DNA from: a virus
Taxonomy: Duplodnaviria > Heunggongvirae > Uroviricota > Caudoviricetes
IMG/VR virus record: IMGVR_UViG_3300035701_000014
DNA length: 17,003 bases
Reading direction: 5' to 3' (one strand)
Within the stretch, counting starts at the first letter, position 1. The number at the start of each line of letters is the position of its first letter. Made by a program: the position numbers and the translations under genes. This document shows, one piece after another, positions 7,601 through 14,678 of this stretch. The notes below the pieces were generated by a model. That model had not been told where the DNA came from and made no database searches. It saw nothing but the letters and a program-made list of their open reading frames with translations.

Positions 7601-8451
7601 AATATCAAGACATCGTTGAAAGAGTCAACAAGGTCTTTGTAGACTACTCGGCATACCTGCCATTGACTGTCAGGCAAATCTATTACAGGCTCGTTTCTGA
7701 TTTGGTGATTGCGAACAGCATGCAATCCTACAAGCAGTTCGACAGGATACTCACCAAGGCAAGGTGGAACGAAGAGATTGAAGCGTCCAACATCGTGGAC
7801 AGAAGCAGGACACTTCATCTGCATACTGTAGGGAAATATGCCACCCCAGAAGAGTTTCTTGACCGACTCGAGACCGCATTCCAGTTCAACATCTGGGAAG
7901 ACCAGCCCAACTGGCTTGAGGTCTGGATTGAGAAGGATGCCCTGAGCGAGGTCTTCAATACTGTGCTCAAGCCGTTTGACATAACGCTTCTGGTCAGCAG
8001 GGGCTACACATCATTCTCATTCATCAAGGAAACAGCGAACAGGCTCGGGGACATTGACAAGCCTATTTATATACTATACTTCGGAGACCTTGATGCTTCA
8101 GGAGTCGACATCTACCGCTATATAACCGAGAGCCTTGTGAAGATGGGGGTCGAGCCCACAGTTGAGAGAATCGCCTTGACCCATGAGCAGGTAGACCAAC
8201 ACAAGCTTCCGCCAATGCCAGTGAAGATGAGCGACAGCAGAGCCTCTGGGTTCATCAGCCAGTATGGGAACAACGCATGGGAGCTCGATGCCCTGCCTCC
8301 AGATGTGCTGCAGAAACTGATAAGGCAGTCCATCGCAGAATACTTTGATGCGGATGCGTTCACTGAGACCAAGGAAAGGCAGGAGCTCGTCCAAAGCAAG
8401 CTGGGGAAGTTTTTCCAGTCTTTCGGAAAAAAACCAGCTAGGAAGAAGTAG
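7597..8451 (+). CDS. Topo VI subunit A / Spo11-like TOPRIM protein (284 aa)
   Basis: Start at the ATGA overlap (7597) after GGTGG. LTVRQIYY matches the 5Y-CAP tyrosine motif (RDIYY in Spo11). TOPRIM motifs VWIEKDAL, SRGY and LYFGDLDASG. Confidence 0.8.
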   Translation: MKYQDIVERVNKVFVDYSAYLPLTVRQIYYRLVSDLVIANSMQSYKQFDRILTKARWNEEIEASNIVDRSRTLHLHTVGKYATPEEFLDRLETAFQFNIWEDQPNWLEVWIEKDALSEVFNTVLKPFDITLLVSRGYTSFSFIKETANRLGDIDKPIYILYFGDLDASGVDIYRYITESLVKMGVEPTVERIALTHEQVDQHKLPPMPVKMSDSRASGFISQYGNNAWELDALPPDVLQKLIRQSIAEYFDADAFTETKERQELVQSKLGKFFQSFGKKPARKK

Positions 8452-8457
8452 TATATA
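8447..8457 (+). repeat. 11-bp direct repeat AGTAGTATATA, left of HNH gene
   Basis: Identical to 8978-8988. Both copies contain the TAG stop of the preceding gene. Confidence 0.7.
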
Positions 8458-8475
8458 AACAAATGGTGATACTGG

Positions 8476-8982
8476 ATGAGAATTTGCTCTGTTGAGGATT
8501 GTGGAAAGAAACATCATGCAAAGGGACTATGCGAAAAGCATTATCTCCAGCGATATTACGAAGATGGGGAATACTACAAAACACACAAAAAGCAGATGAA
8601 CGATTCAGCCAAAAAATGGCTCAAGAAAAATAGAAAGAAAGAACGATTACAAGTCATCTTCCATTATTCGCAAGGCAAGAACTGCTGTGCCTGCTGCGGA
8701 GAAAATATAATAGAATTTTTGACAATCAACCATATCAATGGAGGAGGCAACAAACACCGAAAAGAAGTAGGTGCAAGAAGTGGTGAGAAATTTTACAAAT
8801 GGCTCATCAAGAATAACTTCCCTAAAGGTTTCAATGTCCTATGCATGAATTGTAATATGGCTACAGGAATCTACGGTATTTGTCCTCACCAAATAACAAA
8901 GAATCTAAAACAAATAGACCTGAAAGAGCTGAAGAGTAAGCTGAACAATCTCAGCACCGAGCAAACCCAAACTACCCAGTAG
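8476..8982 (+). CDS. HNH-family endonuclease with N-terminal Zn finger (168 aa)
   Basis: N-terminal CSVEDC..HHAKGLCEKHY, typical of phage HNH proteins. CACCGE..LTINHINGGG..LCMNCN..CPH beta-beta-alpha/Zn motif. RBS GGTGA + 6 nt. Confidence 0.8.
   Translation: MRICSVEDCGKKHHAKGLCEKHYLQRYYEDGEYYKTHKKQMNDSAKKWLKKNRKKERLQVIFHYSQGKNCCACCGENIIEFLTINHINGGGNKHRKEVGARSGEKFYKWLIKNNFPKGFNVLCMNCNMATGIYGICPHQITKNLKQIDLKELKSKLNNLSTEQTQTTQ
8901..8957 (+). repeat. 57-bp imperfect direct repeat, copy 1 (HNH C-terminal tail)
   Basis: 46/57 identical to 9137-9193. NLKQIDLKELKSKLNNLST vs NLEQIDLNELKSRLDSLST. Confidence 0.9.
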
Positions 8983-8988
8983 TATATA
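8978..8988 (+). repeat. 11-bp direct repeat AGTAGTATATA, right of HNH gene
   Basis: Identical to 8447-8457. Confidence 0.7.
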
Positions 8989-9131
8989 TAACCGAATAAA
9001 AAACTAGGGTCTAAGAATAAAAACCATGCTCCCAGAATATACCACTCCGAGGTGGTATATATACTAGACTTTATACTTGGGGCATAGCTTTATATATACC
9101 ACAAATCCTATATATACTCGAGGTGGTTATA
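8983..9131 (+). promoter_or_regulatory. Repeat-rich promoter region of the DUF932 operon
   Basis: TTTATATA at 9089-9096. RBS GAGGTGG at 9120-9126. IRs 9037-9045/9052-9060 and 9052-9063/9091-9102. GAATAAAAA direct repeat at 8994 and 9015. Confidence 0.65.
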
Positions 9132-10109
9132 ATGAGGAATCTGGAACAAATAGACCTGAATGAGCTGAAGAGCAGACTGGACTCTTTGAGCACTGCTTCT
9201 GAGAAGCCAGTAGTCGTGGTTGAGAAGGATAACACTCCTAGACCAGCCCTTGAGTTCAAAGCAATAGTGAACGACAAGGACGGGACTATCCACGCAATCG
9301 TTTCAAAGGGATATACGTTAATCCAGCACAAGGCTGCTTTCTCCGCAGTTGTGGATGCACTTGCAACCATAAGGTCTAATGACAAAGTCAGGGCAACAGT
9401 AGTTGAAGAGAAGGGCAGAGCATGGTTAACCGTAACCTTTCCAGAGATAAAGGTGGATGACGGAGAGGCAGGCATAGAGCTCGGCTTCAAGGTGAAGAAC
9501 TCCTATGATGCTACCACTGCATTGACTTACAGTGGCACGCAGAGAAAGAGCAAATGGGAAGAGAGCCATTTTGAATTCTTCGGTTACAGGCTCGCCTGCA
9601 TGAACGGCATGACAATGAGAATCCCGATGGACTTCACAAAGCCAGTGGTCGAGAAGAAGGATGCGAAGGTCGGCGACATAGTAAATGTCAAACTGGAGAA
9701 AGTGGAGGCGGGCATACAGACAACAACCGAGGCAGCAGCAAGTGGTTACATCAGGCACTACGGTGACAAGGCATTGCTGAACCTTGAGAGGATGAGGCAG
9801 GCATTCCTGCAGCTCCCAGAGATAAAGAGGCAGCTCGAGCAGACTATCCAAACAGTCAGGGCAATCAGCCTAACAACTGAGGAAGCAGGGAAGAGGCTGA
9901 AGGAGCTCGGGTTCGGTGAGAGGGTAGTCAACGACATCATGGAGAGGTTCAAGATTGAGGAGCAGACACAGTGGGGTCTCTACAATTCGATAACCACAGA
10001 GGCAACACACGGCAGGATGAAAAATGGCACGAACAAGAGCATACTCAGGGAAGAGGAGATGCTCGGGAAGGCAAGCAAGCTACTGGTGATGGAGGTGAGA
10101 GCTCACTGA
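9132..10109 (+). CDS. DUF932-family protein (325 aa)
   Basis: GAGGTG + 6 nt + ATG 9132. Motifs VSKGYTLIQH..F, GRAWLTVTFP, FKVKNSYD, YRLACMNGM and TQWGLYNSIT match my recollection of DUF932/DUF945 proteins. Confidence 0.8.
   Translation: MRNLEQIDLNELKSRLDSLSTASEKPVVVVEKDNTPRPALEFKAIVNDKDGTIHAIVSKGYTLIQHKAAFSAVVDALATIRSNDKVRATVVEEKGRAWLTVTFPEIKVDDGEAGIELGFKVKNSYDATTALTYSGTQRKSKWEESHFEFFGYRLACMNGMTMRIPMDFTKPVVEKKDAKVGDIVNVKLEKVEAGIQTTTEAAASGYIRHYGDKALLNLERMRQAFLQLPEIKRQLEQTIQTVRAISLTTEEAGKRLKELGFGERVVNDIMERFKIEEQTQWGLYNSITTEATHGRMKNGTNKSILREEEMLGKASKLLVMEVRAH
9137..9193 (+). repeat. 57-bp imperfect direct repeat, copy 2 (DUF932 N-terminus)
   Basis: 46/57 identical to 8901-8957, same reading frame relative to the peptide. 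Confidence 0.9.
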
Positions 10110-10132
10110 GCTCTCTTCCCCAAACGGGGAGG
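10097..10132. promoter_or_regulatory. 19-bp palindrome plus RBS-occluding hairpin
   Basis: GAGAGCTCA-C-TGAGCTCTC (10097-10115) lies over the stop codon. CTTCCCC-AAAC-GGGGAGG (10115-10132) overlaps the next RBS. Confidence 0.5.
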
Positions 10133-10140
10133 TGAAACCC

Positions 10141-11052
10141 ATGACAGATTATGAAATCCAAATGGAAAAGGAAAAGCAGGCTCAGTTGTCTGTGTGCAAC
10201 AAAGAGATTGGCAGGTTGAACGCTGAGATAGGCAATCTCCAGCATATAATCAGGTCGCAGGACTACAGGCAGAAGAAGGGGAAATTCATCAGGCTGACCG
10301 CAATCAAAGACCACATAGCCGATGTGCTGAGCGACTATAACACTGATGTCCAAAAGACTTTCTCAGAGTCCAACTATTCTGGAGCGGAAAAGGCAAGCGA
10401 TACCACAAGGGAGTTCATCAAGGCTGCGGGTCTGAAGAAGCTTAGCGAGACTTCAAAGAAATACATCGGGCAGGAGATTATCCGCAAGCTGACTCATACC
10501 AGTGAATCGTTTGGTGATTCCAGACCCGACCAGATAAAGCAGCTTGACGCAATCCAGAAAAAGCTGGGGGGCGAGATAGACCAGCTCGGGGAGAACATCT
10601 TCGGCTGGGGCAACAGCGTAGAAGCCAAGCTAGAAGATTTGCAGGATGAGCTCAAGAAGAAGAATGCCCGCAAGGAAGTCCTCGAAAGCAAGGAGCTCTT
10701 CGGGCAGGAGTTCGCAAAGAAGCAGGAGCAGGTAAAAGTCGAGGCAGAAAGGAGAGTGAGGCGTGAATCAATCACTAATCTAGACACACCCGATGCAACA
10801 GCCGAAGCTGGCAAAATCATTGCGATGCCAGAGTTCAAGAAGGTTCACGACCCGATGCTGGAGGATGTCGAGAAGCTGCTCAAGGACAAGGGATATGAGA
10901 AAACCCTAACCTGCGAGCATTGCGGGGAAGAGATAGAAACAGACAAGGCGATACTGGATGCGAATGCCCCCGAATACAGTGAAGTGCATGTCTTCGACAA
11001 GCTCGAGTGCCAGAGGGCGTATCACAAGGAGAAGAGCAAGAGGGGATACTGA
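10141..11052 (+). CDS. Coiled-coil protein with C-terminal putative Zn-binding motif (303 aa)
   Basis: GAGGTG + 6 nt + ATG 10141. Long charged helical segments. C-terminal CEHC...HVFDKLEC. Confidence 0.8.
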   Translation: MTDYEIQMEKEKQAQLSVCNKEIGRLNAEIGNLQHIIRSQDYRQKKGKFIRLTAIKDHIADVLSDYNTDVQKTFSESNYSGAEKASDTTREFIKAAGLKKLSETSKKYIGQEIIRKLTHTSESFGDSRPDQIKQLDAIQKKLGGEIDQLGENIFGWGNSVEAKLEDLQDELKKKNARKEVLESKELFGQEFAKKQEQVKVEAERRVRRESITNLDTPDATAEAGKIIAMPEFKKVHDPMLEDVEKLLKDKGYEKTLTCEHCGEEIETDKAILDANAPEYSEVHVFDKLECQRAYHKEKSKRGY

Positions 11053-11396
11053 TGGCAAAAACAAAATGCATCTGCAAGGTAATCAAGGGCGGATGGTTCT
11101 TTGATTTCGGTAATGGACTTGAGGAAGACAATCAGCTTGGAGAGATGATTGAAAAAAAGGCATGGCTCTTTGTGCATGAGGCACAACGGAAGAAAGTGGA
11201 ATGGGTAAAGAACATCCACAATGCCGTCCTGCTGTTGAGCACCATAGCGAGCAGCCCGAAGCTGAACAAGTGGTTCTTGGGTCAGATAAGCGACATAACA
11301 GGAAAGAAATGCAAGGCATGGGAAGTTCGCTTGAGTATGACCCTCATAGACAGCAAGTGTCCAGTTCATGGTAAAAGAGATGGTAGCAATGGATAA
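11052..11396 (+). CDS. Hypothetical protein with split CxC...CPxHG motif (114 aa)
   Basis: TGATG overlap start at 11052. KCIC at the N-terminus, KCPVHG at the C-terminus. Confidence 0.75.
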   Translation: MAKTKCICKVIKGGWFFDFGNGLEEDNQLGEMIEKKAWLFVHEAQRKKVEWVKNIHNAVLLLSTIASSPKLNKWFLGQISDITGKKCKAWEVRLSMTLIDSKCPVHGKRDGSNG

Positions 11397-11625
11397 ATGC
11401 GTCTCATGCAAAAAACGGGAAGCAGACTTCGGAGTAGATGGGGAAGAACTCTGTGCCGAATGCACCATAGAGCTGGCAGAAGATAGAATCCGAGACAGAA
11501 AGAATTTCAAGGTATGCCCATACTGCCACAAGAAGATAGACATGAATCATTTCCTTTTCCATATTGCAACGGAGCATCGGAAGGAACATGAAGAGGCACA
11601 GAAACGAGGTGGTTCGAATGAGTAG
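11389..11625 (+). CDS. Double zinc-finger protein (78 aa)
   Basis: CVSC-x14-CAEC and CPYC-x11-H-x4-H (C2H2-like). Confidence 0.75.
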   Translation: MDKCVSCKKREADFGVDGEELCAECTIELAEDRIRDRKNFKVCPYCHKKIDMNHFLFHIATEHRKEHEEAQKRGGSNE

Positions 11626-11995
11626 TTTCATAGTAGGTGACATTACCATAGACAGATTTATGAGTGTGGTTTGGAAAAACTCGAGTGAAGAAGGACTTAC
11701 AAAATTGGGAAGAAACCTTCTGAGAATGAATGTAGATGCTACCGAACAAAGATACCCAACACATCCCTATCTGGATGAAGATGAGAGGGAGCAGCGAATA
11801 AGAAATTACAAGTTTCATTTTCAGGAAGTCACACCAATACAAGCTCTAAAATCCATGAGTTGTTTTCTTTATCAATGTAGCGAAGGGACAATACCAAAAA
11901 GAGCGTTATACAAGCAGATGCGTAAAAAAGAAACCGAGCTGGCTTTCAGCATAGTAGATGCTATGCCAGAATATGACAAAGCGGAATGGGGTTAA
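11618..11995 (+). CDS. Phage-type conserved hypothetical protein (125 aa)
   Basis: GAGGTG + 6 nt + ATG 11618. Motifs VTPIQALK..CFLYQCSE and MPEYDKAEWG resemble an uncharacterised phage/plasmid family (recollection). Confidence 0.75.
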   Translation: MSSFIVGDITIDRFMSVVWKNSSEEGLTKLGRNLLRMNVDATEQRYPTHPYLDEDEREQRIRNYKFHFQEVTPIQALKSMSCFLYQCSEGTIPKRALYKQMRKKETELAFSIVDAMPEYDKAEWG

Positions 11996-12011
11996 ACAAG
12001 AGGTGGTATGA

Positions 12012-12668
12012 ATGAATAAAAAATGTGTGTGTTGTGAGGAAAGGAAGCCTAAAGATGAGATGAGAGTAGTGACCGTAGGGGAAGACAAAGGCAAGCCGAT
12101 ATGCGAGACTTGCTATGATGAGGACGAGCCACAAGCGACGGTCTTCTACAACGGAGATAAGGAAGAGCCAAAGTTCATAGGCAATTATACCAATGACACG
12201 GAAGGCGACTTCACGCTCAAGTGGGTCTCAACCGATGGCTGGAGAGGATATTACGATGTGACACCCAACGAGAAGTGGGTCAGGATAGTAGACGACTGCA
12301 TACTCTCATACTCAGAAGATGCAGAGCAGCTCCACGAGATGCAGGAGAAGCTCGAGGAGTTCCTGAAAAGCAGGGACATCGAGTTCGCAAAAGTATTCGC
12401 AAGGACTAGCAATTGCTTCTCGACAGGATATGATTTCTTTGTGGAGAAAGGCGAGGAAGACGAAGCGAAGTGCATCGTAGCAATCCTGAAGCTCAAATAC
12501 AGAGACCCAGACAGGTTCAACATGACGGCACTGACTGGCAAGGAATCAAGCAAGGAGTTCGACCAGAAGGACAAACTCCTGCTGGAAGCATTCAGGAGAA
12601 TCGAAAAAGGCGAGAGTTTCGACGACATTAAAGATGACATCCTGAAGAGGGTTGAGAAGGTGGTATGA
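12012..12668 (+). CDS. Hypothetical protein with N-terminal Zn finger (218 aa)
   Basis: CVCC...CETC. WVSTDGWRGYY motif. Strong RBS. Confidence 0.85.
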   Translation: MNKKCVCCEERKPKDEMRVVTVGEDKGKPICETCYDEDEPQATVFYNGDKEEPKFIGNYTNDTEGDFTLKWVSTDGWRGYYDVTPNEKWVRIVDDCILSYSEDAEQLHEMQEKLEEFLKSRDIEFAKVFARTSNCFSTGYDFFVEKGEEDEAKCIVAILKLKYRDPDRFNMTALTGKESSKEFDQKDKLLLEAFRRIEKGESFDDIKDDILKRVEKVV

Positions 12669-13007
12669 ATGGCGGGTATAACGATGCAGGAAAACATGGC
12701 GTGCATGTTCTATGCACAATGGTATAAGGAAGACGTGAGCCCGAAGCTGACACCAGAGCAGAAAGAGAAGCTGCTGAAGAAGCTCTCGGAACTGAGCTTG
12801 AGGATGCCGATATGGGAGATAGACAAAGTTCCACTAGACGACTTCCCAGAGCTGAAGCCGTTCTCCAACCTTCCAACATTCAGTGGCTTGCAGTTATATA
12901 CGGTGATGTCAGAGGTATTCAACGAAATATCAGCAACCAAGCTCGAGACCCCGTATATGCATTTTCCTGAGAAGTATAAGAGTATAAAAGGTAGGGGTCA
13001 TGGTTAA
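12669..13007 (+). CDS. Hypothetical protein (112 aa)
   Basis: AGGTGGTATGA-ATG junction abutting the previous stop. Confidence 0.75.
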   Translation: MAGITMQENMACMFYAQWYKEDVSPKLTPEQKEKLLKKLSELSLRMPIWEIDKVPLDDFPELKPFSNLPTFSGLQLYTVMSEVFNEISATKLETPYMHFPEKYKSIKGRGHG

Positions 13008-13042
13008 AATAGGTCAAAAGAATTGAAAGTGGAGGTGGGAGC

Positions 13043-13234
13043 ATGAATAAGGATGATACAAAGCACGGAGTCGTGGTCAAGGAAAAGAAGACTGGGAAGA
13101 TTGTCCAGTTCTTGGAATGCGAGGGGATGAAGTGCCTCTACATCCTTAGCGGTGTGAGGAAGCATCTCGGCAGCGATTACCAAGCAGATGAAGATATTAT
13201 GCTTACGAAAGATTTGCAAGGGGTAGGACAATGA
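13043..13234 (+). CDS. Hypothetical protein (63 aa)
   Basis: GGAGGTGG RBS. ATGA overlap with the next gene. Confidence 0.7.
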   Translation: MNKDDTKHGVVVKEKKTGKIVQFLECEGMKCLYILSGVRKHLGSDYQADEDIMLTKDLQGVGQ

Positions 13235-13407
13235 GGGAATGGCAAATAATTATGAATGGGCAAGAATGGCGAGTTCTAGCAAGCCAGCCATATACCGCAG
13301 TGTGGAAAGCAATTAGAGCGTATATGCAAGGCAGGAGAGAACAAGGTGCTAAACATCCATTCCCAAAGACCGAAGTTGGAATATTCATAAAAGAGGTGAA
13401 AAGATGA
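13231..13407 (+). CDS. Small hypothetical protein (58 aa), not in ORF track
   Basis: MREWQIIMNGQEWRVLASQPYTAVWKAIRAYMQGRREQGAKHPFPKTEVGIFIKEVKR*. ATGA overlaps at both ends, filling the gap exactly. Confidence 0.75.
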   Translation: MREWQIIMNGQEWRVLASQPYTAVWKAIRAYMQGRREQGAKHPFPKTEVGIFIKEVKR

Positions 13408-13640
13408 TAACCCAAAAGGCACAAGTATTGTTTGCACCAGACGGGGAGCACTTCCAAGTAATCAAGAAAGGTGAGACGGGGCGGATGTGGGATTACTTCA
13501 ATTTCAATCATGACATCAGGGTGCAGATAGCCCTGAACCCACAGGCAAAGTTCAGGTTGATTGGCGAGAGCGGAATAGTAATCGGCGAGCTCCCCAGATT
13601 CAAGTTCACTGGGGTCGAGCTCCCAAATGGAGGTAGGTGA
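13404..13640 (+). CDS. Hypothetical protein (78 aa)
   Basis: GAGGTG upstream, ATGA overlap. Confidence 0.7.
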   Translation: MITQKAQVLFAPDGEHFQVIKKGETGRMWDYFNFNHDIRVQIALNPQAKFRLIGESGIVIGELPRFKFTGVELPNGGR

Positions 13641-13645
13641 TACAC

Positions 13646-14113
13646 ATGAAAAGTTTTGTAGTATATTTTCACGGGAAGATTAATGTCGAAGCAGAGGACT
13701 GCGATGATGCTTGCGGTCAGGCATACGACAAGTTGCATGAAGCCTGTGTGGGAGAATTCTTCATAGACAGTGAGGAAGACGAGGGCGAAGTCGAGGAAGA
13801 GGAGGATGAGACCACAGAGCAGAAGGTTGTGCCAGAAGACGAAAGGATAAGACAACTGAATCTTGAGTTAGAAGTATCCCTCCCAGCAATCAAAATCATA
13901 GACAAGAACACATTGAAAATCAAGACCAGCGATTGGCAAGGGCAACATGAACATACCATCACAAGGCAGGACTTTTACAACTATATACGTTGCGAGTCTG
14001 GCAGCATGAGTGGACTCAGGAGTCTGGGTTCAGTAGATGGCGATTGGAGAATGATTGACAGCATCGCACAGGATGTCGCAGGAGTATTCAAGAAGATTGA
14101 TGAGGTGAGATGA
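13646..14113 (+). CDS. Hypothetical protein with acidic linker; N-terminus weakly DpnD/PcfM-like (155 aa)
   Basis: AGGTGA + 5 nt + ATG 13646. INVEAEDCDDACGQA resembles the VEAxSxEEA motif (weak). Acidic run DSEEDEGEVEEEEDE. Confidence 0.75.
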   Translation: MKSFVVYFHGKINVEAEDCDDACGQAYDKLHEACVGEFFIDSEEDEGEVEEEEDETTEQKVVPEDERIRQLNLELEVSLPAIKIIDKNTLKIKTSDWQGQHEHTITRQDFYNYIRCESGSMSGLRSLGSVDGDWRMIDSIAQDVAGVFKKIDEVR

Positions 14114-14499
14114 TGACGTATGATATAGATTTGAAAGGCAAAGAAACGTGCTTCGGAATACACGGTCTGGGCTATGGTGCAAACATGAGCAGCCCGATAG
14201 ACCTATGGGCGATAATAAAGAAGGCAATCAAGCGGGATAACTTCAGGCTGGGAGATGGCTACCTGAGTGCGGAGGAAGTAACCAAAGTCCTCAAGGTGCT
14301 GATACCCGAGTTCGACCAGAAACTAAAAGAGGCATACAAGAAATGGAAAGTCGACTACATCGGCGGGGACATAGAGTTTTGGTTTCCAGAAAAGACCAAA
14401 GTGCAACAGAGAGAGAAGACCAACTTCGAAGTGACAAAGAGAATGATACTGATACTGTTGGTTGCGAACTTCAAGAAGAGAGGGGTGCATTTTCATTAA
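14113..14499 (+). CDS. Hypothetical protein (128 aa)
   Basis: GAGGTG + 5 nt + ATG 14113 (alternative start 14110). Confidence 0.75.
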   Translation: MTYDIDLKGKETCFGIHGLGYGANMSSPIDLWAIIKKAIKRDNFRLGDGYLSAEEVTKVLKVLIPEFDQKLKEAYKKWKVDYIGGDIEFWFPEKTKVQQREKTNFEVTKRMILILLVANFKKRGVHFH

Positions 14500-14509
14500 G
14501 GTGATTGTG

Positions 14510-14668
14510 ATGAAAACAAAAGAAATAAGAAAAGATTGGAAGTGGGGGATAGGAAAAGCCATAGCTACAATTGGGGTTTGGGTAGTGTGCGGTCAAGTGG
14601 TTATTGCTGGGCATTCAGGATGGATACTTGCAATTGCAGGATTAGCAACCGCAGTTATATGGGCATGA
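14510..14668 (+). CDS. Small membrane protein (52 aa)
   Basis: AGGTGA upstream of ATG 14510. Two short hydrophobic segments. Confidence 0.7.
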   Translation: MKTKEIRKDWKWGIGKAIATIGVWVVCGQVVIAGHSGWILAIAGLATAVIWA

Positions 14669-14678
14669 GGTGGTATAG

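Noticed and set aside
8901-9193. 57-bp imperfect repeat as a DGR template/variable pair
   Set aside because: 7 of 11 mismatches are at A in copy 1 but 4 are not, and no reverse transcriptase is in the window. The 200-bp repeat has no mismatches at all.
3026-12409. Alternative-frame + strand ORFs (3026-3310, 5462-5659, 6430-6690, 12221-12409)
   Set aside because: They overlap better-supported genes in another frame and have no RBS or motif support.
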